Of a stretch of DNA of 53,015 nucleotides, positions 1 to 9,151 are shown in pieces (the first letter of the stretch is position 1; every line of letters begins with the position of its first letter). Under the pieces are notes generated by a model that saw only the letters and a list, made by a program, of their open reading frames with translations, made no database searches and was not told where the DNA came from. Origin of the DNA: a virus (lineage: Duplodnaviria > Caudoviricetes); the IMG/VR virus record IMGVR_UViG_3300040806_000113, positions 1 through 53,015 of that record. One strand, given 5' to 3'. The position numbers and the translations under genes were made by a program.

Positions 1-742
1 ACGGGGGAACGATGTCTGGGTCGTACTTATCGTAGCCTTGAATCGAACGATAACCACCCTCGATAGATGGTTCGTAATTACGAAGGATACGAGCCGACCC
101 CGGAGCATTGATACCATGCTGCAACGGGGACATGTTCGTGATGAGGCCACCTTTAAATTCGATGGCGTATGTTTGCCAACGGTCAGGCATGGGCTTACGA
201 TGCCCTCATGTAGATGTTTTCGTTGACCGTTACTGTTCTCATCTGTTTGATACCCTCGTCGAACTTGCGTTGTGAAACCGATGCCATCTCTAGGTTGTCA
301 CGGAACATGTAGGCATAGTACATAGCCCCATCGATGATTACGTGACGAAACCGCTCTGGAATTGTCGGGACATCTGTATTGAGGATGAGGTCAACAGGGT
401 CCATGAAGTATTCGAAGTCTACCTGATAGGCTTTGTCTGGCATAGGAACTACGCCCCACTCACCATTTTGGGTACGGAACACACGCTCTGGAACCGCGCC
501 TAGAGCCGTGTTGGTTTCGTCCTCTTGGTCGATGAACCGGTCCACGTACTCGTCATAGCTAATCTGAGTAAGGTGTTCGGCTCTGCCTAAACCTAGAGTT
601 GTATCCCTGCGAACCCGATAGGTATCAAAATCAACGTACTTTGCTTGAGACGGAATAGGGTATCTGGTAACCCCTGCAGTTAAGGTTTGCTGATATGTGT
701 TGTGATTGAAGGGCCAGCCAAAGTGTGCCTGATTGATATGGC
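1..742. repeat. Terminal direct repeat, copy 1 (circular-assembly overlap)
   Basis: Near-identical to 52274-53015, with about 14 substitutions; it starts and ends inside genes. Confidence 0.95.
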
Positions 743-875
743 GAATAGAAGAGTTTACAGCTTCTTTGATTGCGCTGTAAAACCCCGTAGCTGACGCAAA
801 GTTCGCAGAGGTTAGCTGCGTCTCATTTAGGCGTTTGGCAACATCGTTGGTTAAGCTGAGATAATCATAGGCCAT
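195..875 (-). CDS. Tail tubular protein A / head-tail adaptor
   Basis: 226 aa; N-terminal 'LTNDVAKRLNE' and C-terminal 'DVPTIPERFRHVIIDGA' typical of podovirus adaptors; immediately upstream of the nozzle gene across the circular junction. Confidence 0.7.
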   Translation of the reverse strand: MAYDYLSLTNDVAKRLNETQLTSANFASATGFYSAIKEAVNSSIRHINQAHFGWPFNHNTYQQTLTAGVTRYPIPSQAKYVDFDTYRVRRDTTLGLGRAEHLTQISYDEYVDRFIDQEDETNTALGAVPERVFRTQNGEWGVVPMPDKAYQVDFEYFMDPVDLILNTDVPTIPERFRHVIIDGAMYYAYMFRDNLEMASVSQRKFDEGIKQMRTVTVNENIYMRAS

Positions 876-877
876 AG

Positions 878-1225
878 TTACCGGGTCCTTACTTTGAGGT
901 TAACGGAGCGAATAGCTGTGCTGCCTGTGGAGTCTGTCATCGTGCAGTAAAACGTGTAATTTCGGGTGTTTACTCCGCTGCCGATATTGATGGTAGCAAC
1001 CGTGTCGGTCTGTGTTTGGGACACATTTTGAATGCTGTCCGTGGTTGCTCCGCCTGATGCGGTAGTTAGGTCCTGACCCGAAGCCAAAACTGTACGGGTG
1101 GAATAGTCGTCGGTTTCCACAGACCAGACGACTGTGGAGATGGTTGCGGCACCAAGAAAGCGCGACCAGTCCATGCTGTAGTCGAGCGTCTCTCCGGGGT
1201 CTTTGAAGGGCCATTTGTATGACAT
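878..1225 (-). CDS. Virion structural protein (tail-associated, beta-rich)
   Basis: 'KDPGETLDYSMDW' motif seen in phage tail accessory proteins; tight packing in the operon. Confidence 0.55.
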   Translation of the reverse strand: MSYKWPFKDPGETLDYSMDWSRFLGAATISTVVWSVETDDYSTRTVLASGQDLTTASGGATTDSIQNVSQTQTDTVATINIGSGVNTRNYTFYCTMTDSTGSTAIRSVNLKVRTR

Positions 1226-1228
1226 AGA

Positions 1229-1336
1229 TTACTCCACGTAGACTGTTCTTGTAAAGCTGTTGCCGATACTTTCTACCGCAACAACCCGTGTTTCTTGGGG
1301 AACGTTGATTGTTCGTTCGTAAGTTGTAAGTGGCAT
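1229..1336 (-). CDS. Small hypothetical protein (35 aa, MPLTTYERTINVPQETRVVAVE...)
   Basis: Translated by hand; exactly fills the gap between its neighbours; below the ORF-track cutoff. Confidence 0.5.
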   Translation of the reverse strand: MPLTTYERTINVPQETRVVAVESIGNSFTRTVYVE

Positions 1337-1338
1337 TT

Positions 1339-2673
1339 TTAAGCTGCCCTGTCTATCACTGAGGTACGCCGTCTATCATATAGTTCGCGAACCGCGTTGA
1401 AATCGAAGTGTACTCCGGTATAAGTTCCGGTTCCGACAGTAAAGGTTCCTTGTACACCCGAAATTCCAGCGGTAGTGTGAAGCGTTAAGCTTCCAACGGC
1501 ACCTGCGGCTGCTACCCCTGTCGCTATTCTTTCGGTTGGTTGGTCTTCTACTGTGTTTACAAAACCAACAGCTTCAACACCTGTAAGTGTTAGATTGGCT
1601 GCACCTGTTGCTGTAACAATAATTACATTAGATGCTTCATTCGTAATAGTAGTAGAGCCATTTGTACCATCAAAATGAAGTAGTGCTTCTGTGCTTCCAT
1701 CTAAAGAGTATGCTTCTGTCTCAGGTGTAAAACTTGCGGCAGAAAGACCTGTTGGTGTAGATGCTCTAAATTCGTCTATGTATCCTGTAAATTCTTCAGA
1801 GCCATTTTCTTTAGCCCCAATTACATAGGTATGAGCATTGTATCCTGCACCTGCTTGCTGACCTCTTTGATATCCATCTACAAATACTTCGGTAAAGGCA
1901 AACCTTCTTTGTAGTCGTATATGATGCCAAGTATTGTTACTTAATTGTCCACTAACTGACCTAGTTATAGAATTATCTTTTATTACTTGAAGATTACCAC
2001 TACTAATACGTAAAGCAAAACCAGAGTTAGAGTTTTGTCCATCCCAAAGATGAGCAGTTTGACTTGTTAGCGTTGAAGAGTAAACCCAAAAATCTACAGC
2101 CCACTCTGAACTTGTTAACAGACTTGAAGTGTAACTTGTTGTTACAAAATCACCTGTTCCATCTAGTAGTAAACTAGCAGTGCCGAACTTCTTTTCTGCT
2201 GTAGAAAGCTGTGCATCACCACTTGCTGTAAAAGGTTTAAGAGAATTAAATTCTGCTTCTACCCCAGTAAGAACTTCAGCTAAATTAACCTGTACGGTTC
2301 CTGCGGTGCCTGTTGCACTCACACTGCCCAAAGCTTCAGTCGGCTTTTCTTCTACAGTGTTTACAGAGCCTGTAGCTTGTACTCCTGTTATTGGAGTATT
2401 AATGTTTTCTTTTACGGTGTTAACTGTACCTGTCGCTGACACGCCTACAACAGATACCTTAGTAAATATGTTTACGGTTCCTATTGAACCTGTAGCACTA
2501 ACACCTGTAGGAATACGTTCTGTAACATCTACTTCGAACCCGCCTGCAACTACGAGGGCTATCGCACCAGTCGCAGAAACTCCAGCTATGCTTGCTGTGA
2601 TATCTACTTCGCCGTATCGGGATGTGCCATATATGCCTACCCCGTACCGCGCTGACTGTGCTATGATAGCCAT
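1339..2673 (-). CDS. Tail fibre/spike protein with LamG (concanavalin A-like) domain
   Basis: GVSATG repeats flank a domain with 'KFGTASLLLDGTGD', 'DFWVY', 'WHHI', 'VFVDG' and 'FTGYIDEFR'. Confidence 0.75.
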   Translation of the reverse strand: MAIIAQSARYGVGIYGTSRYGEVDITASIAGVSATGAIALVVAGGFEVDVTERIPTGVSATGSIGTVNIFTKVSVVGVSATGTVNTVKENINTPITGVQATGSVNTVEEKPTEALGSVSATGTAGTVQVNLAEVLTGVEAEFNSLKPFTASGDAQLSTAEKKFGTASLLLDGTGDFVTTSYTSSLLTSSEWAVDFWVYSSTLTSQTAHLWDGQNSNSGFALRISSGNLQVIKDNSITRSVSGQLSNNTWHHIRLQRRFAFTEVFVDGYQRGQQAGAGYNAHTYVIGAKENGSEEFTGYIDEFRASTPTGLSAASFTPETEAYSLDGSTEALLHFDGTNGSTTITNEASNVIIVTATGAANLTLTGVEAVGFVNTVEDQPTERIATGVAAAGAVGSLTLHTTAGISGVQGTFTVGTGTYTGVHFDFNAVRELYDRRRTSVIDRAA

Positions 2674-2683
2674 AGCCGTCTAC

Positions 2684-3121
2684 CTACGCAATGCGAATTA
2701 CGGCGTTGCTTGCATCCGCAGCAGGGAATTCAATAGTCAAGTCACCGGCAGTTGCACTAACAGTTCCGCCGAAGTCGATTACACAGATTGCTTTGTTTGC
2801 CTGTGCTGTGTTATAGATAATACAACCATCTGCGGATACGGTAACGTCTGCGAACACTTCGTCTGTAAAGTCGACGATTGCGGTGGAGCCGTCCAGAGAG
2901 ATAGTTGCACCGTCAAGAACCTGACCACCTGTTGTGTAGTTGGTTCCGCTGGCTTCGTCGCTGTTGCCGGTTACATCTGAATAGTTGGTTGTGCTGGCAT
3001 TGTAGGTGCCACTGGGGGATGCTTTAATTAGAGCAAGTTTCAAGGAATCGGTATCCAAATCATGGACACCACCAAGAACCTCTTGCTTGAAGCTATTACA
3101 CATTGCAGTTGTAATTGCCAT
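2684..3121 (-). CDS. Conserved virion structural protein
   Basis: 'MAITTAMCNSFKQE...LKLALI...DFGG' resembles a widespread phage tail-associated family. Confidence 0.6.
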   Translation of the reverse strand: MAITTAMCNSFKQEVLGGVHDLDTDSLKLALIKASPSGTYNASTTNYSDVTGNSDEASGTNYTTGGQVLDGATISLDGSTAIVDFTDEVFADVTVSADGCIIYNTAQANKAICVIDFGGTVSATAGDLTIEFPAADASNAVIRIA

Positions 3122-3133
3122 GATTTGTGTCTC

Positions 3134-3472
3134 CTAAAGTGAGGTTTCGAAATATTCTTCTAATGCGATTGAGATATTTACCGCGCTATTTGCGCTGGCT
3201 AATCCGCGAACCTTATCGCCGGGGTGCAGATATAAAGGATAGTCTGTAATTTGAAGCAGGGAATTAGGCTGAAGAACCACAGCTTCTGCCAAAGTGTGAT
3301 ACGTTGTAGTAGATACTTCGTACCAGTCTAAACTAAAAGTAACGGCACTGGTAGATGCGTTGTTTATATATATGCTATTAACATCACTCGTAAACCGTGT
3401 AGGAACCGTGTAGATATCCGCGTTACTTGTGGTAAGTACAGTTGCAAGAGTGCGTTTTTTACGTTCAGCCAT
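3134..3472 (-). CDS. Hypothetical virion protein
   Basis: 112 aa, beta-rich, 'IYTVP' motif; coupled start/stop with its neighbour. Confidence 0.55.
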   Translation of the reverse strand: MAERKKRTLATVLTTSNADIYTVPTRFTSDVNSIYINNASTSAVTFSLDWYEVSTTTYHTLAEAVVLQPNSLLQITDYPLYLHPGDKVRGLASANSAVNISIALEEYFETSL

Positions 3473-4239
3473 TATAATAAGTTATTGTCCACAAGGACAC
3501 CCTGAAATGAAGCACCGATTAGATTGTTTGAATTAGAACAGAATGCACGGCACTCTATATCTGTCTTCTCTGGAAAGCGTAGTGGGTACTCATACTTAGT
3601 AATAAGCTGGTTACTTTGTAGTGTGTTAATAAACTGTTTACGAAATACGCCGCCAAACTCACGAACTGAAAGAGATACTACAGCGTAATTATTAGCTAGA
3701 CTAATAGCAGCAGTAAAGTTAAGGTCATCTAAGAATAGACTTCTACCAGCAGGTACAGTGTACAAAGCCATCTGCGTTTGATTGCCGTTAGATAAGTTAG
3801 CGTAGATAGTGCCACCACCTGTTGTCTGAATAAGGATTGTACCAGCGGCAGTGCCAGCAGAACCAGCAGTCAGTACGAAGGCACGGTATACACGTAGCCA
3901 ACCACTAGCATCGCCAACTTGTACTTCTGTCGTACCGTTCAGTGTTACATCAACACTCTGGAATACATAGTTCTCATCTAAACCTTGCACCCTAACTGTA
4001 CGTGCGCCTGTACCAGCAGAAGTATCCGCTGCATCGTCACTAACTATGTAAGCTGTAAACGCCGCTGTAGGCCACGGATAATTACCACCCTGCGTCCATA
4101 TAGTTTCTTCTGTACCATTAATATCTGAGTTAAACCCGAACTTATATAGAGACTCATGCCCGAAGACATCTCCACGAGATACCTGTAGGTCAAAGGGTGT
4201 ACCTTCAAGAATAACTTCTGGGTAGCTAGTAATACCCAT
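3472..4239 (-). CDS. Conserved hypothetical phage protein (probably structural)
   Basis: 255 aa intact ORF; 'KFGFNSDI...ETIW', 'GTGARTVRVQGLD'. Confidence 0.6.
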   Translation of the reverse strand: MGITSYPEVILEGTPFDLQVSRGDVFGHESLYKFGFNSDINGTEETIWTQGGNYPWPTAAFTAYIVSDDAADTSAGTGARTVRVQGLDENYVFQSVDVTLNGTTEVQVGDASGWLRVYRAFVLTAGSAGTAAGTILIQTTGGGTIYANLSNGNQTQMALYTVPAGRSLFLDDLNFTAAISLANNYAVVSLSVREFGGVFRKQFINTLQSNQLITKYEYPLRFPEKTDIECRAFCSNSNNLIGASFQGVLVDNNLL

Positions 4240-4240
4240 G

Positions 4241-4501
4241 CTACTTTACCCTTCTGTAAGGCTTCGTTTTAGCCTGTATCTTTTTAGGTTGTTTGGCGAC
4301 TTGCTTACCAGCTCTAGTTGCTCTTCTTTTAGCAGCAGTGGTTTTCGCATACTCTTCCTTCGATAACGCCTTGATTGCTTTTGCCGGTAGATAACGTTCT
4401 CCGGTTGCTTTGGGTCCCTGTGTGGATGGCTTTCCACTTGCGGTTCTCCACTTTTGATTTGTCCAAGCCTTCAAACTACGTTGTGGTTTGCGAAGTGCCA
4501 T
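4241..4501 (-). CDS. Small basic protein
   Basis: 'SLKAWTNQKWRT...TGERYLP', Lys/Arg-rich. Confidence 0.6.
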   Translation of the reverse strand: MALRKPQRSLKAWTNQKWRTASGKPSTQGPKATGERYLPAKAIKALSKEEYAKTTAAKRRATRAGKQVAKQPKKIQAKTKPYRRVK

Positions 4502-4600
4502 TACTTGTCCCAATTAAACACGTCGCGGTGCTTCTTCCAGAACCAATTGCCTACACGAGTAAAAGGCTTGCCAGTATTTAGCAAACCCAATGCAAGGTAC

Positions 4601-4786
4601 TTAATAAAAATCGATGTCATCCTCGATTTCTTCCATTGCATCAAGCTTTTGATTTGCGTCAACCCACTCTCCCAAAGCAGCGTTAAGCCGTTCGAGATTG
4701 TCTGTACAATGTTTAAAAGTGTATTCCGCATTCTTCTTCTGTGCCTCGTATTTATGTCTTAGGGCTTCTATAGCTAACTGACGCAT
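4601..4786 (-). CDS. Hypothetical protein
   Basis: GAGGAG RBS and a perfect promoter directly upstream. Confidence 0.6.
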   Translation of the reverse strand: MRQLAIEALRHKYEAQKKNAEYTFKHCTDNLERLNAALGEWVDANQKLDAMEEIEDDIDFY

Positions 4787-4804
4787 GGGTTCTCCTCTTG
4801 ACTT

Positions 4805-4833
4805 ATTATAGAAGATAAACCTGTCTGTGTCAA
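4805..4833 (-). promoter_or_regulatory. Consensus sigma70 promoter
   Basis: TTGACA-17 bp-TATAAT on the minus strand. Confidence 0.85.
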
Positions 4834-5279
4834 ATGTTTTGTATGACTACCCATAGTATAGGTAAAATTAAAGAGATAAAAAGGACGATTAATCCCAGCA
4901 TACATAAATTATAAATTAACTCGTCGCGTTTCTGGGCGGCTAAAATCTCCGCTTCTTTTTGTTTCTTACGCAATTCGCCTTGTATTCGTATGATTTCCTG
5001 CCACGCATTCATACCGTGCTGCCCGATAACGAAATTGCGAAGTTCGTTTTCCATCTGTTCAGCCTTTTTCTTGGCTGCGAACGTCTCTAGGGCTTCTTCC
5101 TCTACACTGCCAAATCTACGTCCTTTGGCTTTGCTGTGACTAGTCTTCACGGCGGAGATGGCGTTCATCCAGCGACCTAAATCACCGGACATCGACTCAA
5201 TTTCTTTGCCTACCTGTATGCCTTTTTTGATTGTATTGTAGGCTGTGGTTGCAACAGTGATAGCGGTAATTGGGTCCAT
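4830..5279 (-). CDS. Membrane protein with C-terminal TM helix
   Basis: 'MDPITAI' start, coiled coil, hydrophobic C-terminus. Confidence 0.65.
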   Translation of the reverse strand: MDPITAITVATTAYNTIKKGIQVGKEIESMSGDLGRWMNAISAVKTSHSKAKGRRFGSVEEEALETFAAKKKAEQMENELRNFVIGQHGMNAWQEIIRIQGELRKKQKEAEILAAQKRDELIYNLCMLGLIVLFISLILPILWVVIQNI

Positions 5280-5286
5280 AGCTTCC

Positions 5287-5466
5287 TCATTTTGGTGTTG
5301 GTTTGCATACCGCTGTTATTTTAATTCGTCTGCTATCTCCTACGGGGACTGGTCGTTGGTTAGACAACCGTTCTGCAAAGTATAGGCATTTGTCAATATC
5401 TGCGAACCGCTGGGTCTGGTCGATGAGAGTTGCACCCATGTAAACAGTGAGAACGAACTCAATCAT
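5287..5466 (-). CDS. Small protein with hydrophobic N-terminus and two Cys (59 aa)
   Basis: Translated by hand (MIEFVLTVYMG...DKCLYF...AVCKP); ATGA overlap with the upstream stop. Confidence 0.6.
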   Translation of the reverse strand: MIEFVLTVYMGATLIDQTQRFADIDKCLYFAERLSNQRPVPVGDSRRIKITAVCKPTPK

Positions 5467-5651
5467 TGGTCCTGCAACAACAACAGTTCTAGTCTTTGGA
5501 TAGCCATCTTCATGTCTTGGATAGCGTCCTTGTCTGCGTGACTAACTTGCATATTGCTAACAGTGATAGTTAAGTCGTGGGTTGTTTTCAGGTTCCAACC
5601 AGCAAGGCCAATCATAATAGCCATCAAACCCGTAATAATTTGCTTTTCCAT
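5463..5651 (-). CDS. Small membrane-anchored coiled-coil protein
   Basis: N-terminal TM helix followed by a coiled coil. Confidence 0.55.
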   Translation of the reverse strand: MEKQIITGLMAIMIGLAGWNLKTTHDLTITVSNMQVSHADKDAIQDMKMAIQRLELLLLQDQ

Positions 5652-6013
5652 CAGTCGCGATACCCGCCACCCGCCTTCTTATAGGCTGCGGCTAACATCT
5701 GTGCTTTACGGGCTGACCACTGACCGGGTTTGCCACCCTTGCCACCGGCCTTAATCTGTTCGAAAAGTCGCTTTCTCAAGGTTGGCTTAGTGTAGTTGCC
5801 AGCTTCATTAACTCGACTCTTGCTCTTCGCTTTAGACTTCGACGGTTTGCTAGTTTTTGCAACTTTCCCGCCTTTCTTGAGTTCTTGCTTTTTCTCCACG
5901 CCGCTAAGTTTTCCGGCGTTGGCTGTTGCGTAGAAGACTTGCTCACCCTTTTTACCCCCGTAGGTTTGTTTCATGTTAGACATGATTTTCTTACCTTTAG
6001 TTGTTAGGGGCAT
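5651..6013 (-). CDS. Small basic protein
   Basis: 'MPLTTKGKKIM...GEQVFYA...NYTKP...GGKPGQWSARKAQ', very Lys-rich. Confidence 0.65.
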   Translation of the reverse strand: MPLTTKGKKIMSNMKQTYGGKKGEQVFYATANAGKLSGVEKKQELKKGGKVAKTSKPSKSKAKSKSRVNEAGNYTKPTLRKRLFEQIKAGGKGGKPGQWSARKAQMLAAAYKKAGGGYRD

Positions 6014-6207
6014 CAGTCTTTTTTCCAATCTTCGTAAGCTTTTTTAACACTCATACCCAGTTCTTCGTACCAAGATTTTTCAGCACTATCCGCAGCTTTT
6101 CGGCCCTTATTAGAACTCATCCCTAATTGTTCCCAAAGAGATGTGTCAGGCTTTTGGGTTTGGTCCCAAACTTTAGCCTTGCCTTTAACAACCACAGCTT
6201 TTCCCAC
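6013..6207 (-). CDS. Hypothetical protein
   Basis: GTG start, fills the gap; internal repeat WEQLGMS/YEELGMS; GRKA motif. Confidence 0.5.
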   Translation of the reverse strand: MGKAVVVKGKAKVWDQTQKPDTSLWEQLGMSSNKGRKAADSAEKSWYEELGMSVKKAYEDWKKD

Positions 6208-6208
6208 T

Positions 6209-6694
6209 TTAAAATTCTCCCGCTTTCATAGCGTCTGAAAGTTTAACAGCCCGTCTACCGACCTGCCGTGCCCACCGCGAATCCATCATCTCTATCGCGG
6301 CAATATCAAACCGACCTTCGTGGATAGCGTTCCACATATTCTTGAACTTACACAGCCGGGGGACACCCATATTGAATGCCATGTCCATGAGAATTAATTG
6401 GCGAACAGAGTCGAGGTTTTCTACGCACGGGTGAACTTTACAGAGTTCGTTCTCTACGATGCGAATGTCGTTGAGGGCAAGATACCGTGCATCAGCTTCG
6501 GTAATACCGTGGTCATAGACTATGCCCATATTGGGGATGTCCATGTAATCTAGTTCTTCTTTGGTGATTCCCCGGTCTTTGAGATTGCGACCGATACCTA
6601 TAGTATCGATGCCCAAGCTATCTTCGTAAACAGTCAGGACCATACCTTCGTGTTCGATAAGTTTATCTAGGAAATGCGAAGTATTGTATTTCAT
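6209..6694 (-). CDS. Endolysin, T4-type lysozyme (GH24)
   Basis: Catalytic E-x8-D-x5-T ('HEGMVLTVYEDSLGIDTIGIG'), 'MAFNMG', 'SRWARQVGRRA'. Confidence 0.9.
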   Translation of the reverse strand: MKYNTSHFLDKLIEHEGMVLTVYEDSLGIDTIGIGRNLKDRGITKEELDYMDIPNMGIVYDHGITEADARYLALNDIRIVENELCKVHPCVENLDSVRQLILMDMAFNMGVPRLCKFKNMWNAIHEGRFDIAAIEMMDSRWARQVGRRAVKLSDAMKAGEF

Positions 6695-6930
6695 TTCCGT
6701 GACTCCGTAATACGATGGTTAGACTGACCGGGATTTTTTCCCTCGTGGTTCATCCACACAGCGAACGCTCCGGTCATTGCGCCAGTTACAACAGATACTA
6801 AACCAGCCTGTGCTGCACTGGGTTCTGGTAAGGACATAAACCACTCGACGACACGCCAACTCATCAGCGTCATTACGAGCATCATAAATCTTGGTAGGAG
6901 TTTCCATTCAAGTATCTTTTCTGCAGCCAT
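6691..6930 (-). CDS. Small two-TM membrane protein (lysis module)
   Basis: Two hydrophobic helices, located between holin and endolysin. Confidence 0.6.
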   Translation of the reverse strand: MAAEKILEWKLLPRFMMLVMTLMSWRVVEWFMSLPEPSAAQAGLVSVVTGAMTGAFAVWMNHEGKNPGQSNHRITESRK

Positions 6931-7313
6931 TATTTTTTACCGAAGAATTTAGTTGCCGAACGAACTCCAAAAGAAGCCGCAACGATAACTCCAAGTGAGT
7001 ATTGATACCATTCAGGCATTTCGTTGAGTCGTGCGAATCCATTTGCTACCACGTCTTCCATACCGGGAACGAAAGCTAAAATTAGCGGGATACTAAATAA
7101 GATAGTGAGCCACTCGTCTTTCCACGAGGACTGACTACCTTTAGCCATCTCCAAATCCCAATCAATCTCTCCGGTAGCTTTCTTTTGCATGACAACAGCT
7201 TCAGCTTGTGCCATAGCTACCTTCGTTGCAGACTGGGCTTTCTTTTCTTCTACTTTGCCGCTCAACCAAGTGCTGGCTAAGTCGGCTACGGGTCCAATTA
7301 ATAAGTTTAGCAT
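6930..7313 (-). CDS. Holin (3-TM, GTA-holin-like)
   Basis: 'SWKDEWLTILFSIPLIL...PEWYQY...ASFGVR'; adjacent to the lysozyme. Confidence 0.7.
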   Translation of the reverse strand: MLNLLIGPVADLASTWLSGKVEEKKAQSATKVAMAQAEAVVMQKKATGEIDWDLEMAKGSQSSWKDEWLTILFSIPLILAFVPGMEDVVANGFARLNEMPEWYQYSLGVIVAASFGVRSATKFFGKK

Positions 7314-7314
7314 G

Positions 7315-7593
7315 TTACCACTTTACCTTATCTGCCCAATATGCTGCGGATAACTTACCACGTTTTATGTTCGCAGCGTGACGGGCCTTGAAACTTGCAC
7401 GTTTCTTTTTCATCCGCTCTGACTCACCGGCTTTGGGTTTACCAGCAGTCTTGGCACCCTGTTCGCCAAATCTAATCATCTTGATAGTGTCGCCTTCTTT
7501 GGCAAGAACTACGTGACTTTTAGTAGGATGTTTTGGGGTTCGCTTTGGTTTGTTATATCCTGCGAACGTTTCTCCACGATATTCAATGGTCAT
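7315..7593 (-). CDS. Small basic conserved phage protein
   Basis: 'IRFGEQG...SFKARH...SAAYWADKVKW'. Confidence 0.65.
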   Translation of the reverse strand: MTIEYRGETFAGYNKPKRTPKHPTKSHVVLAKEGDTIKMIRFGEQGAKTAGKPKAGESERMKKKRASFKARHAANIKRGKLSAAYWADKVKW

Positions 7594-7620
7594 AGGGTTT
7601 ACCCCCGGCAAAGGTTATTG

Positions 7621-7649
7621 CTTATATCATAAAACAAAAAAGATGTCAA
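7621..7649 (-). promoter_or_regulatory. Sigma70-like promoter for the lysis-region genes
   Basis: TTGACA-17 bp-TATAAG. Confidence 0.65.
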
Positions 7650-7672
7650 GGGGGCAAGTTGCCCTGCCCCCC
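7636..7672 (-). terminator. Probable intrinsic terminator after the capsid genes
   Basis: GGGGGCAG...TTGCCCCC hairpin followed shortly by a T tract. Confidence 0.55.
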
Positions 7673-7681
7673 GACGGTAGA

Positions 7682-8128
7682 TTATGTGTTGTCGTTGTAT
7701 GTGACAAGCATGTTATCTTCGACGTTGTTACAGTCGCAAATAACAGCCCATACATTGACTTTTGAGTTACAAACAGCAGTTGCACTCAAGAGGTCGATGG
7801 TGTCTGCTGCAGCGTACAGATGTGGAACGTTAGTTGCCAAAGCAGCTTTTTGTCCCGCAGCAGTTTGTACAACAGCAGCAACGTAACGGTCTGGGTCAGC
7901 ACCGTCGCCAAGCGACAATGTACCTGTACCAGTACCTACGGTTAGGATTTCGTATCCTGCTGACAGTACAATTGAACCTGCAGGAACTGAAAGCACCTCG
8001 ATGGTGTCTGTTGCAGCAAGGGTGCTGAAGTCAGAATCTGTCAAGTCAACAACTTGACTCAGGACTTTGACATTTGGACCCTTTGCACTGTAGCCAGTAG
8101 TACCAGCGTTTGCAATTTGAAAAGGCAT
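7682..8128 (-). CDS. Capsid decoration/minor capsid protein
   Basis: Directly after the MCP; beta-rich 'VPAGSIVL...LSLGDGADPDRY'. Confidence 0.6.
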   Translation of the reverse strand: MPFQIANAGTTGYSAKGPNVKVLSQVVDLTDSDFSTLAATDTIEVLSVPAGSIVLSAGYEILTVGTGTGTLSLGDGADPDRYVAAVVQTAAGQKAALATNVPHLYAAADTIDLLSATAVCNSKVNVWAVICDCNNVEDNMLVTYNDNT

Positions 8129-8141
8129 ATCTCAGTCCCCC

Positions 8142-9122
8142 TTACGCTACTGTATCTACAACACCGCGAACGAGTGCTTCTGGGCGAAGGACTTTACGTC
8201 CAAACACATGAAGACCACGAACGATGTCGGAGAAGGTTTCAGTTGACCGAACTACTTCGGTTTTTGCAATGTGAGATGCAGTTGCAACGGCTGACATGTG
8301 ACCAGCCAAAACAACAGACTCACCATCTGCTGCAGCAACACCAGAGATGCTGATTGCATCTGTGCCGCCTGCTACCAGAGCAGTTGACTTGTAGCAGTTA
8401 AAGCCAGCAATCTGACCCTGCATTACAAGACCGTTCCGCAATGGTGAAGTGCCGTCGCCAGTTACCTGAACTTCTGCAAACTTTGCACCGGCTGAGAACA
8501 GCTTGGCGTAGAAAGCAGGAGAAGCAACGAACCAACGGTTCTCTTCTGGAACAGACTGCTCGTCAAGTTCTTTTGCCATTTCGAGCATCAGGTTGACAGC
8601 GTTGTCTGGAGCAGTGTGAACTGCAATTGGTGTACCAGCAGTACCCAGAGCAGTGTTGGTGTTCAACAGACCACCAGCAAGTGATGCGTCGTCAGCACCG
8701 GCAAGGCCAGCACCGTTAGCAATTGCTTGCAGAACGTTGAAGTCGTACTTGCGCTTCAAAGAGTATGCACCTGAAGAAGTAGCCAGTGCCTCAAAGTTAA
8801 CATGAGACTGACGCTCTTCGATGTCATCTATTTTGAACGCAAATGCGTTTGCTTGGTCAACAACCATAGTTGTCTGGTCGTCAGCCAAGTCTTGTGGGTT
8901 AACCACAGAGCCACGTGAGTAGGCACTTACTGTGATTGTAGGTTCTTTAATGATACGTACTGTATCGCCAAAGTTCTCAATTTCGCCAGCGTAATCAGTA
9001 TTCGTGATGTCTTCAGCAACCGAAGCGCGACGAAAAAACTTGAGGACTTTCTGGCTAAAGATTTCCGGTGTAAAGTTACCGGAAGGCAGGTTATTGTAAC
9101 CTGCAGCGCGATTAAAAGCCAT
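8142..9122 (-). CDS. Major capsid protein
   Basis: 'NFTPEIFSQKVL', 'TNTDYAGEI..FGDTVRI', 'DIVRGLHVFGRKVLRPEAL'; follows the scaffold. Confidence 0.9.
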   Translation of the reverse strand: MAFNRAAGYNNLPSGNFTPEIFSQKVLKFFRRASVAEDITNTDYAGEIENFGDTVRIIKEPTITVSAYSRGSVVNPQDLADDQTTMVVDQANAFAFKIDDIEERQSHVNFEALATSSGAYSLKRKYDFNVLQAIANGAGLAGADDASLAGGLLNTNTALGTAGTPIAVHTAPDNAVNLMLEMAKELDEQSVPEENRWFVASPAFYAKLFSAGAKFAEVQVTGDGTSPLRNGLVMQGQIAGFNCYKSTALVAGGTDAISISGVAAADGESVVLAGHMSAVATASHIAKTEVVRSTETFSDIVRGLHVFGRKVLRPEALVRGVVDTVA

Positions 9123-9151
9123 CTGCTTTTCCTTCCATTTTGAGGTTTATT

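Noticed and set aside
2180-2980. 266-aa plus-strand ORF and the other long antisense ORFs (e.g. 15387-15884, 40325-40843, 50964-51614)
   Set aside because: Shadows of well-supported opposite-strand genes, with no RBS or recognisable motifs
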